Shown one piece after another: positions 58,002 to 64,000 of a stretch of DNA of 64,000 bases. The position numbers and the translations under genes were made by a program. Source of the DNA: Klebsiella phage KP2025; sequence record PP919962.1. One strand, written 5' to 3'. The notes beneath the pieces were generated by a model, which saw nothing but the letters and a program-made list of their open reading frames with translations, was not told where the DNA came from and ran no database searches. Each line of letters begins with the position of its first letter. Within the stretch, counting starts at the first letter, position 1.

Positions 58002-58120
58002 ACAACTCTCGAACAAAGTGATTATTTCAAGATTATTTAGACAGGAATGTTAGAAAACTTTCTCTTTTCGCTCATGGTTTTCTCCTTCAAGTTCTAGCAT
58101 TCCTTTTTAAATAATTTTAT

Positions 58121-58209
58121 ATAGTGGTATACAAATCGGTCGAAGTAGCTAGACTTTCAATCTAGAGTAGGAAACTACCTTGCGGGTTCGAATCCCGTCC
58201 ACTATACCA
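58121..58209 (+). tRNA. tRNA with Glu-type anticodon loop (UUC) but a 16-nt extra arm (class-II-like)
   Basis: Acceptor atagtgg/ccactat, anticodon stem ctaga/tctag, loop CTTTCAA, extra arm gtag-GAAA-ctac, T-arm gcggg-TTCGAAT-cccgt, CCA. Confidence 0.5.
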
Positions 58210-58216
58210 GTTTAAT

Positions 58217-58292
58217 TGGGGATTAGCCAAATGGGAAGGCGACGGGCTTTGAACTCGTCATCGACTTGGTTCGATTCCAAGATCCCCAGCCA
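58217..58292 (+). tRNA. tRNA-Gln(UUG)
   Basis: Acceptor tggggat/atcccca, anticodon stem acggg/ctcgt, loop CTTTGAA, T-arm cttgg-TTCGATT-ccaag, CCA. Confidence 0.75.
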
Positions 58293-58377
58293 AATTTAGA
58301 GGAGCACAGTATACAGGAACCCTGACAGATAGTATACGGTTTTGCTGTATAGGGTGAGATCTCCTCAAAAGTATTAT

Positions 58378-58455
58378 CTCCGTGTAGCTCAGCCTGGTCA
58401 GAGTATGCCGTTTGGGGCGGTGGGGTCGAAAGTTCGAATCTTTCTACGGAGACCA
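58378..58455 (+). tRNA. tRNA-Pro(UGG)
   Basis: Acceptor ctccgtg/tacggag, loop TTTGGGG (G37), T-arm gaaag-TTCGAAT-ctttc, CCA. Confidence 0.65.
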
Positions 58456-58799
58456 AATTTTGTCATCGTCACGATTTTGTGACTGTCCTGCTAGGTAGTG
58501 CCTAGCCAGCACCAGATGGTGCCGAAGTCAAGGATTTTTAACTTCGAGTTGATATGGCGTGGATTTTCGGTTTCCATGATGACAATTAATAATATGCAAC
58601 TTTGACTTAGACGGATGAGTGCTGCCCTGAAAAGGCAGATAGACAGGCTCGATACCTGTAGGTTGCACCAAGTTTTGCCTTGATGGTGTGACAACCATGA
58701 CAAATATTCGCTCAGGTTAATGGCTCAAATTCTACCGATAAATAGCAACTGACACGGTGCAAGACCAAACAAGTTGTGGCGTTTTAGGCAAAGTATTAT

Positions 58800-58875
58800 A
58801 CGGGTGTAGTTCAGTGGACAGAACGAGGGTTTACGAAGCCCTGCGCCGGAGGTTCGACTCCTTCCATCCGTGCCA
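58800..58875 (+). tRNA. tRNA-Arg(ACG)
   Basis: D-arm gttc-agtggaca-gaac, anticodon stem agggt/gccct, loop TTACGAA, T-arm ggagg-TTCGACT-ccttc, CCA. Confidence 0.75.
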
Positions 58876-59007
58876 ATTAAGAAGGTATGGGACGCCATGC
58901 TAAAGCCGTCCATCTGAGTAGGTCTAAGATTAAGTGTGTGAGTAAATTTATTGCTTGCATTAAAGACTCCGCTTAAAGACATTCACTACAAAGGGGCGCA
59001 AAAATTT

Positions 59008-59083
59008 GGGGTTGCATGTACTAAGGTAGCGAGGGAGGTTTGCACCTTTCCTGTTGAGAGTTCGATTCTCTCCGGCTCCACCA
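59008..59083 (+). tRNA. tRNA-Ala(UGC)-like (D-arm irregular)
   Basis: Acceptor ggggttg/cggctcc (GU pairs), anticodon stem ggagg/ctttc (2 GU), loop TTTGCAC, T-arm gagag-TTCGATT-ctctc, CCA. Confidence 0.5.
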
Positions 59084-59211
59084 AAAATATAGGTTGCGTC
59101 CGATGACTTAGAGTGGATGTAAAAGGTGTTAGCACGTTTGGAGAAAAACCAAACTTTCCTTTCACCGTTTAAGAAGAGGGCCGATACAACTCTTAACCTA
59201 TACCAAATAAT

Positions 59212-59298
59212 GCTTCAGTGGTGGAAATGGATATACACTCTGGTCTTAGAAGCCAGCGCCCTAGAGGATTGTGAGTTCGAGTCTCACCTGAAGCACCA
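59212..59298 (+). tRNA. tRNA-Leu(UAG), class II
   Basis: Acceptor gcttcag/ctgaagc, anticodon stem ctggt/gccag, loop CTTAGAA, long variable arm, T-arm gtgag-TTCGAGT-ctcac, CCA. Confidence 0.8.
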
Positions 59299-59372
59299 AA
59301 TAATGGGGTATTTAGCCGAGAACACTGTCCGAGTCCATATCGCGATAGACAGTGCGGAAAATCCCCGCCGCA

Positions 59373-59429
59373 CTTTAAGTGCAGCTAGAAATTTAGGTGA
59401 TTTGCTACCTTTAAGTGCAGCTAGAAATT
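59373..59429. repeat. two copies of 21-bp CTTTAAGTGCAGCTAGAAATT spaced 36 bp apart
   Basis: Seen directly; intergenic within tRNA array. Confidence 0.6.
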
Positions 59430-59534
59430 AAATTACAATAGGCAGTAACGCTCTTAGGTCTACATAAATCGCGAATAAGGGTTAACAGTAGCGTAGACAA
59501 ACGAGTAACCCCGAAAGACCCGAAGCCTATTTAT

Positions 59535-59609
59535 ACTTCCTTAGTTCAATGGCAGAACGTCATCTTTACACGGTGAGCGTCATAGGTTCGATTCCTGTAG
59601 GAAGTACCA
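59535..59609 (+). tRNA. tRNA-Val(UAC)
   Basis: Acceptor acttcct/aggaagt, D-arm gttc-aatggca-gaac, loop TTTACAC, T-arm atagg-TTCGATT-cctgt, CCA. Confidence 0.75.
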
Positions 59610-59696
59610 TATTATCAATGCCAAGCAATAACACTAATCGCCGTTCGGCTTGGGACGGCACATTTATTTAATACTAAATACTACTAAGGAAGCATT

Positions 59697-59960
59697 ATGT
59701 ACACATTAAAAATTATTCGTAAGTTCCCACAAGGGACAAAAATTTATGATTCAGTACCTTTTGATGTAGACGAAGAAGAACATTATATAGAACTAGATGG
59801 TAATATAAAAGTCCAATATCATTTTGAAGGCTATCAAAAGCCAGGTAGTGTTATTGCCAGCGTTATCAGCGGAAGTTCTACCACCTTCATACACAAAGAT
59901 GAAAGTGCTTATTTGATGAATGATAAAGGCGAAACAGTTAAAATTATTCATCGTGTTTAA
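59697..59960 (+). CDS. hypothetical protein inside tRNA array
   Basis: RBS AAGGAAG upstream of ATG. Confidence 0.4.
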   Translation: MYTLKIIRKFPQGTKIYDSVPFDVDEEEHYIELDGNIKVQYHFEGYQKPGSVIASVISGSSTTFIHKDESAYLMNDKGETVKIIHRV

Positions 59961-59965
59961 TTAAA

Positions 59966-60041
59966 AGTAACTGTGAAGCTGATGTTTCGAACGCTTTCAT
60001 ACGGCGTTGTGAGAAGAGTTTGATTCTCTTAGTTACTACCA
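59966..60041 (+). tRNA. tRNA-Met(CAU)
   Basis: Acceptor agtaact/agttact, anticodon stem acgct/ggcgt, loop TTCATAC, T-arm aagag-TTTGATT-ctctt, CCA. Confidence 0.65.
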
Positions 60042-60048
60042 AATAATG

Positions 60049-60126
60049 CGCAGGGTGGTGGAATGGATTTACCATGTGAGTTTCATATGCTCAAGATTGC
60101 GGGTTCGACTCCCGCCCCTGACTCCA
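60049..60126 (+). tRNA. tRNA with CAU anticodon and unpaired 1:72 and 2:71 positions (initiator- or Ile2-like, or pseudo)
   Basis: Anticodon stem tgagt/gctca, loop TTCATAT, T-arm gcggg-TTCGACT-cccgc, CCA; acceptor cgcaggg vs ccctgac pairs only at positions 3-7. Confidence 0.45.
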
Positions 60127-60137
60127 AACAATAGCCG

Positions 60138-60215
60138 AGCAAGTTTAAATGAGCATGGCGCTCTATGTGGCTCCAAACCACAGACTAAGGGGTTCGACTC
60201 CTCGCTTTGCTGCCA
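60138..60215 (+). tRNA. tRNA-Trp(CCA)
   Basis: Perfect anticodon stem tgtgg/ccaca, loop CTCCAAA, T-arm agggg-TTCGACT-cctcg, CCA; D-arm short/irregular. Confidence 0.55.
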
Positions 60216-60335
60216 AATCTATCTAATGACCTTCTGTAGATGTAAAATAAATATGAAGGGTCGCTGCACGTGTGCTACGTCAGTCTGTAAGAGACAAGTA
60301 TAGCATAGGGCTAAGAGACTAGCCCACACATTCAT

Positions 60336-60411
60336 ACTCTGATAGTTCAGATGGCAAGAACAGGCGACTGATAATCGTCAAACACTGGTTCGAGTCCAGT
60401 TCGGAGTACCA
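60336..60411 (+). tRNA. tRNA-Ile(GAU)
   Basis: Acceptor actctga/tcggagt, D-arm gttc-agatggca-agaac, loop CTGATAA, T-arm actgg-TTCGAGT-ccagt, CCA. Confidence 0.75.
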
Positions 60412-60493
60412 AACTCGCCCAGCGGGTATCTTCGAAGAACATGCCTAGTTCCTTCTAAGAATAGAGGGTTGCGTCTCTTAACGCAAATAATCA

Positions 60494-60517
60494 ACCCGCT
60501 TCGGCGGGTTTTTTTGT
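60494..60517 (+). terminator. rho-independent terminator closing the tRNA array
   Basis: aacccgc-ttcg-gcgggtt followed by TTTTTTTG. Confidence 0.7.
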
Positions 60518-60581
60518 TATCTTACATTTAATACTTTACAAACTAATAGTTTCATGATAGAATGAATATTAGGAGGCTAAT

Positions 60582-60869
60582 ATGGCAAAAATTAAACGTG
60601 GTCGTGGAAGACCCACAGCAGAAATGCAACAAATTTATGCAATGATTGCAGCGGAAGCAAAAGTAAAGGAACTATTTGCAGACAAGTATGTTGAGGCAGC
60701 ACAGTATATTGTCGATCTGATTGATGATAAAGATGCTCCTAAGAATCTAAAATTCCAAGCAGCTAAAACCATTAAAGAACAGGTTGAAGGTTGGATGGAA
60801 GAACACTACGCAGAAAGTGAAGAAATTGACGATCCGCAGGATGCCCCACCTCATAAAATATCTATTTAA
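60582..60869 (+). CDS. hypothetical protein with AT-hook-like KRGRGRP N-terminus
   Basis: RBS AGGAGG; N-terminal basic DNA-binding-like motif. Confidence 0.45.
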   Translation: MAKIKRGRGRPTAEMQQIYAMIAAEAKVKELFADKYVEAAQYIVDLIDDKDAPKNLKFQAAKTIKEQVEGWMEEHYAESEEIDDPQDAPPHKISI

Positions 60870-60938
60870 TCTTTAACAATCATTAAAGATACACTTCTCC
60901 TCTCTTGGGAGCTTTGCTCCCTCCTCCTCGTTATTTAA

Positions 60939-60969
60939 CGCCCCTCTCCGAAAGGTTAGGGGATTTTTT
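60939..60969 (+). terminator. hairpin terminator-like element
   Basis: cccct...agggg stem followed by ATTTTTTATTTT. Confidence 0.4.
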
Positions 60970-61231
60970 ATTTTAAAAAGCTTGCTTTTTATACACATTT
61001 TATGATAAGATCAAATCTAGGAGGATATCATATGAGAAACTATGTAGCAAAACATGATTATAATCGTGCTTCAGCACACAGGGATAAGAAAAACGATTAT
61101 ACCCGTAACTGGAATATTGAGGAAGAATTGAATGATTACAACAGAACAATGGGAAGAGATCTTGATGAAAGCGAAACCGATGGAAGTGAAGAAAGTTATC
61201 AATAATTCCACAGTCCCTAAACTTAGAGTAA

Positions 61232-61672
61232 ATGAATATGAGCTTACTAATATCTTTACTGAATGCGATAAAGAACAACAAGACGATTAGGTATCTTGTA
61301 ATAGGAGTTATTCTTCTATTAGTTATCGTATTTGGTGCAATACATATTAAAAATAGTATTTATGAAGATGGCTATAATGCAGGGGTTGCTAAAGAGCAAC
61401 AGACACAACAAATTCAACAAGCGAAAGCTAGACAAGATTTTGATACATTGCAAGCTAAAGCTGATGCAGATAGATCTGAGTTGAATAATAAAATAGCCAA
61501 ACTTTCAACTGATACTGAAATTCTAAAAGAACAGTTATCGAAAAAAGAAACTGAACTCCAACAAGAGGCTAAAGAATATGCAAAAACTACTACTGGCAGC
61601 ATGTCTTGCTTTGCCCCTAATGATAACGGGCTGCACATCATCAACAAATCATTCCCAACCAGTTCTCATTGA
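61232..61672 (+). CDS. Rz-like inner-membrane spanin (i-spanin)
   Basis: N-terminal TM helix followed by long coiled-coil; o-spanin gene embedded in +1 frame. Confidence 0.5.
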   Translation: MNMSLLISLLNAIKNNKTIRYLVIGVILLLVIVFGAIHIKNSIYEDGYNAGVAKEQQTQQIQQAKARQDFDTLQAKADADRSELNNKIAKLSTDTEILKEQLSKKETELQQEAKEYAKTTTGSMSCFAPNDNGLHIINKSFPTSSH

Positions 61673-61907
61673 TGAGTGCAAAGCTATTGCAAAAGATGAA
61701 ATAGCTAGTCCTGATAAGAGCAACCTAGAATCTCCAGAAACACCTGTAGTGTATACACAAATTCAAATTAAAAAAGGCGTCTCTAGATCTGAGGTTGTAG
61801 ATAACCAAACAAAGAACAATGCCCTATGGGAAAAGGATAGACAAAAGCTGATGGCATTGCAAGCATACATAAAAACGTTGCAAGATGCCGGTATCATTTC
61901 TAAATAG
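61578..61907 (+). CDS. Rz1-like outer-membrane lipoprotein spanin (o-spanin)
   Basis: Lipobox LMITGC signal; starts inside the i-spanin gene. Confidence 0.5.
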   Translation: MQKLLLAACLALPLMITGCTSSTNHSQPVLIDECKAIAKDEIASPDKSNLESPETPVVYTQIQIKKGVSRSEVVDNQTKNNALWEKDRQKLMALQAYIKTLQDAGIISK

Positions 61908-61915
61908 GAGGAACT

Positions 61916-64000
61916 TTGGCAAGGAAACCAGTTAAGACAAACTTAGCAAATATTGAGATTGAAGTAAAAGCTCAACCGGGTAAACAAACATTAGCAATGG
62001 ACTTAATGCCAGAGGTAATGATTTATGGTGGTGCTGCGGGATGTGTTACAGCAGAGACAGAGTATTTAACACCGTCAGGATGGAAGAGAATTGATCAATA
62101 CTCAGGAGAAGATATTTATCAATACAATCCAAGAAACAGGAAACTGGAGCTAGTTAGTCCATACTTTGTAGAGTATGATACAAAAGACAACTTATATAGG
62201 ATAGCAAATGGTGTAGGTTTGTTCCAAGAGCTTAGTATGGAACACAGGTTTGTATTCTATAAAAAGAAAAAATCTAAAAAACATTTTGAGATTCTAGTTG
62301 GAGATCTTATTGCATTACAGCAAGCAGGAGAACCACTTAGAGGGTATGTAGAAAATCCTTTCGGTAAAAGAGTACCATTTAATATCTCAGGTAAAACTAA
62401 CACTTATCTAAAAATACACGAGGTGATGACAAGTGATGATAAAAAATATTGTTTTGAAACTCCAAGCAGTTATGTTGTCTTTAGACGTGGCGATCATATC
62501 TTCGTTACTGGGAATAGCGGCAAGTCTCGTCTACTCCTACTGAAAGCTTTAAAATATGCTTGCAAAGACCCGCTGTTCGGTGGAATCCTATTCCGTAAAA
62601 ATACAACAGCTCTACGTAAGCCTGGTGGGCTATTTACAGAAGCTAAAAAGCTATATCTGAAACTTCAGCCACATGTCCGTGAACAAGCTATGGAAATGGA
62701 GTTCAGAGCTACTGGAGGTGGAACATTAAAATTCGATCACTTAGAAAATGATAACGTAACAGCAGAAACTAACCACCAGGGTACACAATACAGTATGGTA
62801 GGTTTCGACGAGTTAACGCATTTTACCCAATATGAAATGCTTTACCTTCTTGGGCGTTTACGTTCTGAGTCTGCAACATCTTTTATGCTATGCACCTGTA
62901 ACCCAGATGCAGATAGCTGGGTTATTAATTGGGTATTACCTTATCTAGACGAAGCAGGATTTCCACGCGACGATATGTGTGGTAAACAACTATATTTTCT
63001 TATCGTAAATGATGAACCCGTATTTGCAGAAGACCCGGAAGAGCTAAAGGAGAAGTATCCTGAAAACTGCTTCATGGAAAACCCAAATACAGGCGAAATA
63101 GTTACTATCGAACCGCAGAGCTTTGTATTTATCGGCGGAACTATATTTGATAATCCAGAGCTTATACGTCTTAATCCTAAATATCTAGCCTCTCTGAAAG
63201 CACAAACCGCAGTGAAAAGAGCACAGCTCTTAGATGGGTGTTGGTTTGCAAGAGCACAGGAAGAAAGTTTCTTTAATAGAGAATGGTTGCATGTGATTAA
63301 ATATTCAGATGTTCCGAATAACATGAAATATATGCGAGCATGGGATAAAGCTGTATCTGTTCCAACAGAATCATATCGTTATCCAGACTATACCACGTCT
63401 GTAAAAATGGGAAAAGATACTGATGGTAATGTCTATATCTTCGGAGATTATGATTACGATGCAGTAGATGAGAAAAGTAAAATCTTTGGTAGATTTAGAA
63501 GATTACCGGGTGAACGAGATAATTTGATTCTTAATCAATGTAAAATTGATGGGGATGAAGTTATTGTAGTTCTTCCTAAAGACCCATCTGGTGCAGGCTT
63601 GATTGAATATACAGAATCTGCTAAGAAGCTTATTTCTGAAGGTTTCATTGTAAAACCTGATGCAATGCCAGGAAACAAAAAGAAACTACAGCGTTTTATG
63701 CCTTTTAGTAGTGCTTGTCAAAATGGTTTTGTATATATTGTCGAAGACTCTTTCCCAAACAAAGAAACTTTAGATCACTTTTATAAGGAATTAGAATCTT
63801 TTAATGGGGAGAGGTCTACTGCAACACTCAAAGACGATATCCCGGATGCTGCGGCATCTTGTTTTAATACACTGATGAAAGAGGCTGTATTCAAGGCTGT
63901 AGCGATTCCTACACCACAAGGAGCTACCACAGGATATGGTAAAATGTCTAGTGGAAGTAGGGCATCTTTTGGTCAACCTTATAAAATAAGATCAAGATAA
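61916..64000 (+). CDS. terL: terminase large subunit, interrupted by a mini-intein in the Walker A loop
   Basis: Extein junction reconstitutes YGGAAG|SGKS P-loop; downstream Walker B-like VGFDE; RBS AGGAGG. Confidence 0.85.
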   Translation: MARKPVKTNLANIEIEVKAQPGKQTLAMDLMPEVMIYGGAAGCVTAETEYLTPSGWKRIDQYSGEDIYQYNPRNRKLELVSPYFVEYDTKDNLYRIANGVGLFQELSMEHRFVFYKKKKSKKHFEILVGDLIALQQAGEPLRGYVENPFGKRVPFNISGKTNTYLKIHEVMTSDDKKYCFETPSSYVVFRRGDHIFVTGNSGKSRLLLLKALKYACKDPLFGGILFRKNTTALRKPGGLFTEAKKLYLKLQPHVREQAMEMEFRATGGGTLKFDHLENDNVTAETNHQGTQYSMVGFDELTHFTQYEMLYLLGRLRSESATSFMLCTCNPDADSWVINWVLPYLDEAGFPRDDMCGKQLYFLIVNDEPVFAEDPEELKEKYPENCFMENPNTGEIVTIEPQSFVFIGGTIFDNPELIRLNPKYLASLKAQTAVKRAQLLDGCWFARAQEESFFNREWLHVIKYSDVPNNMKYMRAWDKAVSVPTESYRYPDYTTSVKMGKDTDGNVYIFGDYDYDAVDEKSKIFGRFRRLPGERDNLILNQCKIDGDEVIVVLPKDPSGAGLIEYTESAKKLISEGFIVKPDAMPGNKKKLQRFMPFSSACQNGFVYIVEDSFPNKETLDHFYKELESFNGERSTATLKDDIPDAAASCFNTLMKEAVFKAVAIPTPQGATTGYGKMSSGSRASFGQPYKIRSR
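62042..62515 (+). mobile_element. mini-intein (~158 aa, no endonuclease domain) in TerL P-loop
   Basis: Begins with Cys (CVTAETEYL, block A-like), SMEH (TxxH-like block B), ends ...DHIFVTGN followed by Ser (+1 nucleophile); removal gives canonical GxxxxGKS. Confidence 0.6.

Noticed and set aside
60582-60869. Small terminase subunit assignment for the AT-hook protein
   Set aside because: It is suggested only by position and a basic N-terminus. It is separated from terL by spanin genes and shows no recognisable TerS motif.
1-64000. CRISPR arrays, integrase/attachment sites, rRNA genes
   Set aside because: There are no spaced direct-repeat arrays, no tyrosine integrase and no rRNA-like sequence. 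The short repeats present are intergenic regulatory-type repeats.

Overview
Dense, AT-rich (~40% GC) genome segment of a large virulent tailed phage with an enterobacterial codon and RBS style. My guess is a Felix-O1-like myovirus, but that is unverified. Layout: (1) 1-12.9 kb, rightward block of small early-type ORFs, including a GIY-YIG/T5orf172 endonuclease with three Zn-ribbon repeats. (2) 13.1-48.4 kb, leftward block carrying nucleotide-metabolism and replication functions: NrdA/NrdB, glutaredoxin, ThyX-like, DNA ligase, T4-RNase-H-like FEN, DnaQ-like exonuclease, PhoH, T4-type lysozyme, Ser/Thr phosphatase, RmlC/RmlD, Sir2-like, HslV-like peptidase, serine recombinase, HNH endonuclease, and a kinase/RNA-ligase/phosphoesterase RNA-repair trio. 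(3) 48.8-64 kb, rightward block: Prs-like plus Nampt-like pair (NAD reconstitution, NARP1-type), an Rsr/Ro60 homolog followed by Y-RNA-like tRNA-mimic modules, an array of about 25 tRNA genes several of which are structurally atypical, an Rz/Rz1-like spanin pair, and a large terminase whose P-loop is interrupted by a ~158-aa mini-intein. Recurrent TTGACA-N17/18-TAAGAT promoter-like sites, GGGGC/GCCCC hairpin terminators, an iteron-like TTAATTAG array and several intergenic repeat families are present. All calls are made by eye from motifs; nothing was verified computationally.
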